A stretch of 64,000 nucleotides of DNA, from NCBI GenBank assembly GCA_963815195.1, contig CAWFGE010000013.1:192001-256000 (forward strand), given 5' to 3'. Shown one piece after another: positions 1 to 8,008 of the stretch. Source of the DNA: an uncultured Planctomycetaceae bacterium (GTDB lineage: Bacteria; Planctomycetota; Planctomycetia; Planctomycetales; Planctomycetaceae). The notes under the pieces are model-generated. The model was not told where the DNA came from, ran no database searches, and saw only the letters and a program-made list of their open reading frames with translations. Each line of letters begins with the position of its first letter. Position 1 is the first letter of the stretch. The translations under genes were made by a program, and so were the position numbers.

Positions 1-160
1 CGCCATCATTGTGAAATTCACAAATCGGATTAACCGCCCGAACCCGCAAGGTCGATAATACTTTCGGAGTCGGCCACTCGAATCCGACCGATGGGAATTC
101 AAATGCGAAACATTTCAGGAGAGGATCTCCTGACCGATCGCAGACTCATGGAGGAGCAAA

Positions 161-379
161 ATGCGGAAACTCATCTGTGCCGGACTCTTGTTCGCGGCGG
201 CGGCCGTTCAGGTCGGTTGTGCCGTTCCCATGTACGACTCATCCCCCGATGTGCGTGCTCGCGAACTGATCTACGCCTCCGAATCGATGCGGCACATCCC
301 CCTTATCTGGCAGCGGTTGTGGTTCTTGAGCATGCCCGATGTCGCCACGCCTTACCGGACCCACGGCGGGGTCATCTAA
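161..379 (+). CDS. Small putative lipoprotein (72 aa), Planctomycete-type
   Basis: GGAGGAG RBS before ATG; signal peptide MRKLICAGLLFAAAAVQVG-C with lipobox-like Cys; C-terminus PYRTHGGVI. Confidence 0.75.
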   Translation: MRKLICAGLLFAAAAVQVGCAVPMYDSSPDVRARELIYASESMRHIPLIWQRLWFLSMPDVATPYRTHGGVI

Positions 380-543
380 TGTTTTGTGCATTTCCGCCGA
401 CGCAATTCGTCCCGCTCCGGCAAGTTGCGTGACGGGAGGGGCGACGCTAGGATGAGGCCGTTCGTGCCGGGGCCGTCGCGGTTCTCGAAAAGCCCGCACG
501 ATTTGCGATCCTCCCCGCGATTTCTTAAGACGTATCCTGCTCC

Positions 544-1452
544 GTGAGTCGCCTGAACGTTTCCCTGAACCGGCTCCAACTGGCCAACCCGATTCTGGTC
601 GCCTCGGGCACCTTCGGCTATGCGCGGGAAATGCAGGCGTTTGTCCCCTTCGAAAAGCTCGGCGGCGTGATTCCCAAGACGATCACGCCGCAACCCCGCA
701 TCGGAAACCCGCCTCCCCGCACCGTGGAAACCAGCAGCGGGATGCTCAATTCCATCGGCCTCGACAACGACGGCCTCGAAGCCTTCATCGACAAGCATCT
801 GCATTATCTACTGGGGCTGGGCACCGCCGTCATCGCCAACATCGCCGGGCGGAATGTCGAGGAGTTCGTGGACATGGCCGCGCGGCTGGGCGAGTTCTCG
901 AACCTGGCGGGGTTGGAACTGAATATCTCTTGCCCGAACGTCAGCGGCGGCGTGGATTACGGAACGGACCCCGCCTTGGCGAAAGACGTTGTGTCCGCCG
1001 TCCGCGGGGCGTGTTCGCTGCCGGTGATCGCGAAGCTCACTCCGAACGTGACGAACATCATCCCCATTGCCCAAGCCGTCGCCGACGCCGGGGCCGACGC
1101 CGTGTCCCTCATCAACACCGTCCAAGGCATGGCCGTCGATTGGCGGCGGCGCAAACCCATTCTGGGAAATACCTTCGGCGGCTTGAGCGGCCCGGCGATC
1201 AAGCCAATCGCCCTCCGCATCGTCTGCCAGGTCGCCCGGGCCGTGGATGTGCCCCTCATCGCCGTCGGCGGGATTGCCACGCTGGATGACGTGATGGAGT
1301 TTCTCGTCACCGGGGCGAGTGCGGTTCAAATCGGCACCGCAAACTTCTACAATCCAAGTCTCGCCCCGCGGTTGGTCGACGAACTGAACGAACTCGTGAT
1401 CGCCGAGGGGTGTCAACACATTCAAGAGTTCATCGGCACACTTCAAAAATGA
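544..1452 (+). CDS. pyrD: Dihydroorotate dehydrogenase, family 1 (1B-type catalytic subunit)
   Basis: [29 protein letters not shown] (catalytic Cys), [25 protein letters not shown]. Confidence 0.95.
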   Translation: MSRLNVSLNRLQLANPILVASGTFGYAREMQAFVPFEKLGGVIPKTITPQPRIGNPPPRTVETSSGMLNSIGLDNDGLEAFIDKHLHYLLGLGTAVIANIAGRNVEEFVDMAARLGEFSNLAGLELNISCPNVSGGVDYGTDPALAKDVVSAVRGACSLPVIAKLTPNVTNIIPIAQAVADAGADAVSLINTVQGMAVDWRRRKPILGNTFGGLSGPAIKPIALRIVCQVARAVDVPLIAVGGIATLDDVMEFLVTGASAVQIGTANFYNPSLAPRLVDELNELVIAEGCQHIQEFIGTLQK

Positions 1453-1469
1453 CCATGACGAGTCGGCTG

Positions 1470-1508
1470 GGCGAGCGTGGGGTGTCAGCCCGGGTGTCAG
1501 CCCCATGA
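1470..1508. repeat. REP-like repeat family A (GGCGAGCGTGGGGYGTCAGCCCC), copy with internal duplication of GGGTGTCAGCCC
   Basis: Related copies at 34491-34517, 35949-35975 and 36051-36076, all intergenic. Confidence 0.6.
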
Positions 1509-1570
1509 TGCTTTGAAATTGGTCATGCGGATTTGGTCAGTGAGATTTGTCTTTTGGAATTGAAGCCAAG

Positions 1571-2548
1571 ATGCGCGTACTGTCTGGAATCCAACCCACG
1601 GGGCGGTTTCATTGGGGGAATTATTTTGGGGCGATCCGCCAGTACATTTCGCTCCAAAATAACGATCAAGCGTTTTATTTCATTGCGGACCTCCACGCCC
1701 TGACCACCATCCGCGAGCCGGCGAGGCTTCGCGAGTTCACCCAGGAGGCGGCCATCGATTTGCTCGCGCTGGGCTTGAACCCGGAGCACGCCACGCTGTT
1801 TCGGCAATCGGACGTCCCGCAGGTCGCGGAACTGACCTGGCTGCTCATGACCGTGACGCAGATGCACCTCTTGGAAAAATGCCACGCCTACAAAGACAAA
1901 AAAGCCCGCGGCCTCGCGGCGGATGCCGGGCTGTTTACGTACCCGGTGCTGATGGCGGCGGATATTTTGATCTACGACAGCGACACCGTGCCCGTCGGCG
2001 TCGATCAGGTGCAGCACATTGAAGTCACCCGCGACCTCGCGGAGCGGTTCAATCATCTCTATGGCGAGACGTTTGTCCTGCCCGACGCCCACGTCATGGA
2101 AGCCGCCGCCAAAGTGCCCGGCACCGACGGCGAGAAGATGTCCAAAAGCTACGACAACGTGATCGAACTGTTTCTCCCGCCCAAAAAACTGCGGAAGAAA
2201 ATCATGTCGATCAAAACGGACTCCACGCCCGTGGAAGCTCCTAAAGATCCCGACGCGTGCGCGGTCTTCACGTTGTACAAGCTCTTCGCGGACGAAGAAG
2301 AACAAGCCGCGCTCGCGGAGCGTTACCGCGCGGGCGGGATGGGCTACGGCGAGGCGAAGCAGATGCTCTATGAAGCCGCCCTCAACTTTTTTGCCGAAGC
2401 CCGAGACCGCCGGGAGCATCTGGTCAACGATCCCGATATGGTGGAGAACATCCTGCAAACCGGGGCCGCCAATGCCCGCGAAAAAGCCCGCGAAGTTCTC
2501 GACCGCGCCCGCACCGCGTGCGGCCTCCGCAAAAGCCCGCTGCCTTAA
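1571..2548 (+). CDS. trpS: Tryptophan--tRNA ligase
   Basis: SGIQPTG, HWGN (HIGH-like), [28 protein letters not shown] at 1571. Confidence 0.97.
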   Translation: MRVLSGIQPTGRFHWGNYFGAIRQYISLQNNDQAFYFIADLHALTTIREPARLREFTQEAAIDLLALGLNPEHATLFRQSDVPQVAELTWLLMTVTQMHLLEKCHAYKDKKARGLAADAGLFTYPVLMAADILIYDSDTVPVGVDQVQHIEVTRDLAERFNHLYGETFVLPDAHVMEAAAKVPGTDGEKMSKSYDNVIELFLPPKKLRKKIMSIKTDSTPVEAPKDPDACAVFTLYKLFADEEEQAALAERYRAGGMGYGEAKQMLYEAALNFFAEARDRREHLVNDPDMVENILQTGAANAREKAREVLDRARTACGLRKSPLP

Positions 2549-2568
2549 ACGATTCGAGTCTTGATTCC

Positions 2569-3183
2569 GTGCCTGCCCATCAGCCTTCCGACCAAACTCC
2601 ACTGCCGCCCCCGCTTGGGCCCACGATCTGGCAGTGGGTGATTCTGAGCGTCCTGCTCGTGGGGACGATGGGCCTGGCGTTGGCCCATGCTCCGCCAGGT
2701 TGGCAGCGGCCGGGTCCCACGGCCCTGTTGTTCGCCGTCGCGGGAGGAGTTTTCATCGGCGGGATTGCCGTGGTCAATCGCATCAAAAGCCGCCGGCTGG
2801 TGTTCGCGGTGGCCTTTGCCGTGATCGCCGTGTCCATCGCCGGGATGACCGCCGAACGCTACCGCCTGTACGTCAAAAGCCTGGAAGAAACCTACCTTAG
2901 CCCGCCCCAGGCATCCAACCCCTCCGCGTTGTTCGAGAATTTCGAAGGCGGGCAGGCGGCCCAGGAACTGGCCCGCGAGATGCGCCGACAGGCTTACGAA
3001 GCCGAGCGCCCCTTTCGCGTGTACCTCGCGTTCCGCCTCCAGGCCCTGGGCATCAAAAACGAACCGTGGCCGTTGGTGTATTGGATCGGCGAACTCCTCC
3101 TCGGCGGACTCTTGGGCGCCTTGATCGCCGCCCGCTGGCACAAGTGGCAATGGGAATCGCAATCCCCCGCAGGGGGCACGTAA
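2569..3183 (+). CDS. Hypothetical membrane protein (about 4 TM segments)
   Basis: Hydrophobic helices, GC-rich codon usage, follows trpS; start uncertain (GTG 2569). Confidence 0.65.
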   Translation: MPAHQPSDQTPLPPPLGPTIWQWVILSVLLVGTMGLALAHAPPGWQRPGPTALLFAVAGGVFIGGIAVVNRIKSRRLVFAVAFAVIAVSIAGMTAERYRLYVKSLEETYLSPPQASNPSALFENFEGGQAAQELAREMRRQAYEAERPFRVYLAFRLQALGIKNEPWPLVYWIGELLLGGLLGALIAARWHKWQWESQSPAGGT

Positions 3184-3364
3184 GCCAAGAAGGCGAGCGC
3201 GGCATAATCGTTCGTGCGCGACCACAAATGAAAGACCGTGATCCAAACGCCATTCCGCAGTACAGGATGGATTATCGGGAGGGCATCGTGGTGGAACGAT
3301 TCCGAGATCGGCCGGTGTTCTCCAAAACCGGCGCACTGTTGGAACGAGGCAAACCGTCCAATGC

Positions 3365-3400
3365 AAAAAGCCTCAAAACCATTTGGTTTTGAGGCTTTTT
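3365..3400. terminator. Bidirectional rho-independent terminator
   Basis: Perfect inverted repeat AAAAAGCCTCAAAACCA-TT-TGGTTTTGAGGCTTTTT directly 3' of the tRNA. Confidence 0.85.
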
Positions 3401-3404
3401 GGAA

Positions 3405-3477
<73 letters not shown>

Positions 3478-3487
3478 AACTGCTTGT

Positions 3488-3516
3488 ATCGTAATGGGTT
3501 ACGTTGATTTCAGCAA
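3488..3516 (-). promoter_or_regulatory. Sigma70-like promoter of tRNA-Lys
   Basis: Minus strand TTGCTG-N17-TACGAT, ending 10 nt upstream of the tRNA 5' end. Confidence 0.6.
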
Positions 3517-3687
3517 TGGTCTGGTTTGGTTTACAGTGGGGGGGGGTAATGACTAGGGCAATGAATGTTACGGTGACGCCTCGGATGTTTGATCCATCCG
3601 AGGCGTGTACCATCACCTAACCCCTGTGAAAAGATGAGGTGATGACATGACGAATCCTAGCAAACAAAAACCAAAGAACAAGCGAAG

Positions 3688-4581
3688 TCACGGAAATGGG
3701 AAGACGTCGGGTTTTTTGTAGCTCGTGAAGTGGCCGGCGCCCCGGGCCGTCCGCTGTTCCAACCCCCGCATTTGCTCGTCGGGGAACGGATGAAACTCAC
3801 AGGCGATTGCGAAGTTCTCATCGACTTCCGCAGGGGACCGGCAGCCGATGATCGCCGTGCTCACACCGGGCAACGACAGGCTGTACCCAAGCGCTTCGTC
3901 CGCGGTCAACGCGGCTTGGCCCAACCGATTGCCGGGACCGGATTGAAGCATGGTCCCTTGGGCATAGACCTTCATCGCCATCGTCCCCAAGCCTCGCTGG
4001 TGCGCTTCCGGAAGAACCGTTTCGATGAAGGACAGCCGATGTCGGTCGGCGGCGTTCAACGCCACCAAAACCGTATCGAAATCAAACCGCCGCATCGCTT
4101 CGATGAGCATCTCGGGGTCGTGATGCCCGGTGATTCCCAAGAACCGCACCCGGCCTTCGTCGCGGGCCTGGAGCAAGGCTTCCATCGCCCCGCCTGCGCC
4201 GAAAATGATCTCCAAATCCCCCGGCGTGCGGAGGTCGTGCAGTTGCCAGAGGTCAAGCCGGTCGGTCTGAAGCCGCTGAAGGATTTGATCCAACAGCCGT
4301 AACGATCCCTCCCGGCTTCGATCGTGGGTTTTGGAGGCAATGAAAACCTGGTCCCGGCGGCCGTCCAAGCCCTCGCCGAGGTAATCCAGACACCCGGCAT
4401 ACGCCGGCGCGGAGTCAAAGTAGTTGACGCCGCGGTCGAGCGCCCGGTGGATCACGCTCACGGCCTCCCGCATGCGGCCTTGGGTGCGCAGCACGCCCTC
4501 GCCGCCCAGGCCAAAAATGGTCACCTCTTGGCCGGTTCGGCCCAAAGGACGCTTGGGAATTTCGGTTCGATCGGTCATCAT
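3688..4581 (-). CDS. Aldo/keto reductase family oxidoreductase
   Basis: RPLGRTG, GVNYFDSAPAY (Asp/Tyr), IASKT (Lys), LQTDRLDLWQLH, GRVRFLGITGH. Confidence 0.9.
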   Translation of the reverse strand: MMTDRTEIPKRPLGRTGQEVTIFGLGGEGVLRTQGRMREAVSVIHRALDRGVNYFDSAPAYAGCLDYLGEGLDGRRDQVFIASKTHDRSREGSLRLLDQILQRLQTDRLDLWQLHDLRTPGDLEIIFGAGGAMEALLQARDEGRVRFLGITGHHDPEMLIEAMRRFDFDTVLVALNAADRHRLSFIETVLPEAHQRGLGTMAMKVYAQGTMLQSGPGNRLGQAALTADEALGYSLSLPGVSTAIIGCRSPAEVDENFAIACEFHPFPDEQMRGLEQRTARGAGHFTSYKKPDVFPFP

Positions 4582-4946
4582 GTCCCTCGCATGGGTTGCC
4601 GCGACTTGGTGATGGTCCCTTTGTCATTTGCCCAGAAACTTCAGAGTCACGCCTTTGAGTTCCAGCGTTTGATCTCCCGCCAGCGAAACCGTTTCGAGCG
4701 TCAGCCGTTGACGGCCCAGCGGCAAGGGGATTTTTCCCAAAGGGGTCCGGTAGCCGGCTTGCCGGAGAGCCTCCGCGATGGTGACTTCTTCAGGGCGCAT
4801 GGCTTCCTTGTTGTGCGTGACGCCCCACACGCCGCACCGCAGCGGATACCGCCCCGTGAGCAGCGCCGCCCGCGTCGGGGCACAAAACGAGTTGACGTAA
4901 AATCGCTTGAACTGGATCCCCGTCCGGCCGAGTTTGTCGATGTGGG

Positions 4947-5353
4947 AAATTTGATTTCCCCGCTCATCGAAGCCGAACACGGTCTCCCGTTTATTGTTCG
5001 GATCCACCGATCGCACGGTCGTAAGTTGAACAAGCATATGCACTGGCGCGACAGGCACAGCTATGTTTTCCGAGGCCTCAATGGTTAGAACTTAGGATGC
5101 CAGCAAAGAATCTCGTAAGATAGGATGCAATACCGTAGCTAAAAACGAACGCAAGGATTCCAAGGCTAATCAAAAGGAAGCCTTGATAATTTCGCCATAG
5201 AATCTCACGAATGCCATAGAATACGCTCAGACAACCCATGCCCAAAAAGGCTACAAGCAAAGCGAATCCAACTATTGGCAGGATCAACCAATAGAAAATC
5301 TTTAAAATAAGTTTAATAATTAGCGAAAGAGAGACCATTTCAACCTAGGTTTT
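4947..5353. mobile_element. 407-bp AT-rich foreign insert flanked by GTGGG direct repeats
   Basis: GTGGG at 4942-4946 and 5354-5358; removing the insert plus one copy restores sulfatase codons ACG CCC CAC ATC GAC AAA (TPHIDK); no transposase present. Confidence 0.65.
5078..5338 (-). CDS. Small AT-rich membrane protein (86 aa), possible immunity-type protein
   Basis: Two to three hydrophobic helices, atypical AT-rich codon usage, lies within the insert. Confidence 0.55.
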   Translation of the reverse strand: MVSLSLIIKLILKIFYWLILPIVGFALLVAFLGMGCLSVFYGIREILWRNYQGFLLISLGILAFVFSYGIASYLTRFFAGILSSNH

Positions 5354-5715
5354 GTGGGGCGTCTTGAGATAAGGATTGCCAGTGATGCTCAAATCACCGT
5401 ACCCTTGGTCGTCCGTGAGGATCAACAAAACATTCGGCCGCGGGCCGTCCCCAGCCGAAGGCTGCGCCGCATGAGCGGGAAACGGTTCCCGCAGCATCAG
5501 CAACAAACCAAGGAACCAGAACGCGGAGAGGTTACGAATCATCGGGCCAGCTTTCTCTGGTTATGGTCATCCATTGAGCCAACAGTGTTAACCCCCAGTC
5601 TATCAGCGGCGTCGCGTTCAGGAAAATGAGTGCCAAGGCGGTTCACCGTTGAACCGGGAGCCTTCGAGAATTTGCGTTCCACAAACGCCAGCCCGGGGCT
5701 GACACGGATTTAACA

Positions 5716-5745
5716 TTGACGGACCTCCTACCGCTGTAGTACCAT
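5716..5745 (+). promoter_or_regulatory. Promoter of the blaI-like gene with an overlapping BlaI/CopY-type operator
   Basis: TTGACG (5716) -N18- TACCAT; CTACCGCTGTAG (5728-5739) in the spacer is one mismatch from TACAnnTGTA. Confidence 0.55.
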
Positions 5746-5775
5746 GCCCTCCTATTTGATTAGGAGGTCGCGTTC

Positions 5776-6168
5776 ATGGCTCGACATCATCACTTGGCCG
5801 AGTTGCAGTTGGCGATTATGCAGGTGCTGTGGGACCGGGGGGAGGCCACCGTCGCGGAAGTTCGCCAGGCTCTGGAACCGCAGCGAAAACTCGCCCACAC
5901 CACGGTGGGCACGATGCTGGCCAAGTTGGAAGAGGCGCATCGCGTGACCCACAAGAGCGACGGGCGCATGAATTTCTATCGGCCCTTGCTCGAGCGGGAC
6001 GAGGTCACGCGGTCGATGGTCAGCGACCTGGCGGAACGGCTGTTCGCGGGTGATGTGACCGAAATGTTCTGTCATCTCCTGGATACCGCCGAGGTGACGC
6101 CCGAGGAAATCCAGCGGCTCAAAAAGTTGATCCGCAGCAAAGAACGGGAGCTTAAGGATGGAACCTAG
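5776..6168 (+). CDS. BlaI/MecI/CopY family transcriptional repressor
   Basis: AGGAGG RBS; LQLAIMQVLWDRGEATVAEV, LAHTTVGTMLAKL, RLFAGD, EEIQRLKKLI. Confidence 0.93.
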   Translation: MARHHHLAELQLAIMQVLWDRGEATVAEVRQALEPQRKLAHTTVGTMLAKLEEAHRVTHKSDGRMNFYRPLLERDEVTRSMVSDLAERLFAGDVTEMFCHLLDTAEVTPEEIQRLKKLIRSKERELKDGT

Positions 6169-7763
6169 CCTGATGCCCACGGTCTTTGTGCTCTTTGTCA
6201 CCTGGTGGGTTCATTCCAGCCTGCTGTTGGGCGGGGCGGCGGTGCTTTCGATCTGGCACCGGACAATGCGGCCGCGCTCGAGGGAATGGTTGTGGAAAGC
6301 GGCCGTGGTCCTGCCTTGGCTGACCGCTCCGCTGCAATGCGGTTGGCAAAGCGGATTTGCGATCTGGCAATGGGAGTTGGCTCCGCAATCTGTTGAGGCT
6401 GTCCCGCCGAACGTTTTAAAGCCGCTATCTCCAATCGATTCCCCGAAACACTCCGACAGGCCGATTGCCAAAGCGGAGGAAAAGACCGATTGGCAGATCG
6501 AGATCATTCCCGCTGACCCGCCCGCGATTGCGGAGAAGCCGCGAGCCTCTTCGAAATCGCGGCGATCGTTGCCGAAACCGGCGTTTCCCGTTCGCGAAAC
6601 GGAAGCCGTTGCCGAGTCGCCGCCGTTGGAATTGCCCAGAACCGTTTCGGCAAGCCGTCCCGCCGAGATGTTCCCGCGAGGACAGAATCGAATCATCGAA
6701 CGATCAACCCGCGGATGCCCCGGCGATCGTTCCACCCCCAGAATCTCACCGGCAATGGCCTTGGTTTGTGCCGGCGTTTGTGGGAACGGTGCTGGCGATC
6801 GGAGTCTTGGGCGGATGCCGGTTGGTGTGGTTGTTGGTGTCGACGACGCGGATTATCAGCCGATCCCGCGAGCTTTCGACGCGACCGGCCCACCGCGAAT
6901 TGCATCGGCTGATCCAGCGGTGCGGGAAACGGATCGAGATTCGATTGGCGGAGTCGGAGGAAATCTCAATTCCCGCCGCCGGGGGTTTGTTGCGGCGGGT
7001 GATCTTGCTGCCCTTCGATGCCGAATCGAGATATCAACCGGAGGAATTGCGGGCGCTGCTCGCGCACGAGTTGGGCCATCATATGCGCGGGGATGTGTGG
7101 TGGTTGTGGCTGGGACGGGCCGTCTGCCACGTGTTGCCCTGGCAGCCTTTCAACTTTTGGGCGGTCAGGCAGTGGCAGCGAGCGGCGGAGCCCTTGTGCG
7201 ACGATTGGGCCGTCAGCCAAGACATCAGCCCAATCGCCTTGGCGAAATCCCTCACCACAGCGGCCCAATCGCAGCTGACGCGAACGGTCATCGGCCCCGC
7301 CGCCACGAGCGGCGCCTCGCAACTCGCCGACCGCGTGGAGCGATTGCTCGATCGCACCTCGAGCGCGACGCCGGGAGTCGGTCGCCGCCCCATGCTGTTG
7401 CTCACGGTCCTGTCGGCGTTTTGCATGATCGTCGTTTCCCCTGGGATTGTTCTGCACTCCGAGACAACGAAGCCGGAGCCGACGCCAAACGTGCCAGACC
7501 GCGGTCAAAAGGAAGAATTCTGGATCACGGAGACTCACGGCACCGGCTCTCTAACTCCAAACAAAAATCTTCCCTCGGAGACCACCATTCCACAAGACGT
7601 TGTGGAAGAACTCGAAACCACCGGAAGAGATTTGGAGCAGGCGATCCAATTGCTCGAAGCCGGCGATGAGGATCCCGAGCTCCGCGAAGTCGCCGATCGA
7701 TTAAGACAACGACTGGACGCGCTGCTCGTTAAGGCGCATCAAATTCAGAAGTCCAAAATGTGA
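6158..7763 (+). CDS. BlaR1-like M56 metallopeptidase, membrane anti-repressor (one frameshift near 6500-6720)
   Basis: N-terminal TM part in ORF 6158; LLAHELGHHMRGD (HExxH), PWQPF, AAEPLCDDWAV and LADRVERLL in ORF 6465-7763; start overlaps the blaI stop. Confidence 0.88.
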
Positions 7764-7920
7764 GCGGTAGGCGCTAGCCTCCGGTTTCGATGGTTTCGAT
7801 AAAGCGTAATTCGCAAAGTCAACACCGGCGGCTAGCCACCCAAAGGGTACCCGGCCGCTCACGATTGCAGAATCAACACCGGCGGCTAGCCACCCAAAGG
7901 GTACCCGGCCGCTCGCGATT
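7760..7920. repeat. REP-like cluster: one forward copy and two tandem inverted copies (54-bp period)
   Basis: GTGAGCGGTAGGCGCTAGCCTCCGGT (7760-7785); ACCGGCGGCTAGC-CACCCAAAGGGTACCCGG-CCGCTCRC at 7824-7862 and 7878-7916. Confidence 0.8.
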
Positions 7921-8008
7921 AGAGGAATCCATTTGCAAGCACCTTAATCATTTCCCCGCCGACCACCCGGAAGGTTGGCTTGTCCCTTTGCTCGAAGGAA
8001 TCGCACGC

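Larger units (their letters stand above)
4624..5542 (-). pseudogene. Arylsulfatase pseudogene, split by an insertion and internally deleted
   Basis: 5542-5354 encodes a signal peptide + [18 protein letters not shown]...KTPH; the gene resumes at 4941 with IDKL...CAPTRAALLTGRYP (CxPxR) ...AEALRQAGYRT and then jumps to a short C-terminal beta-rich piece. Confidence 0.85.

Noticed and set aside
9..23. TTGTGAAATTCACAA as a Rex operator
   Set aside because: Half-sites match but the spacer is 1 nt instead of 4, and the context is cut by the window edge.
5620..5635. Sigma54 promoter for the sulfatase (minus strand TGGCAC-TCATT-TTCCT)
   Set aside because: The invariant -12 GC is CC.
7819..7920. Two 48-bp direct repeats as a CRISPR array
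   Set aside because: Only two copies, a 6-nt spacer, no cas genes; explained as REP variants.
7790..8008. N-terminal extension of ORF 7790-9994 with repeated QHRRLATQRVPGRSRL
   Set aside because: Translation of the REP repeats; the true start with RBS and signal peptide is ATG 8009.
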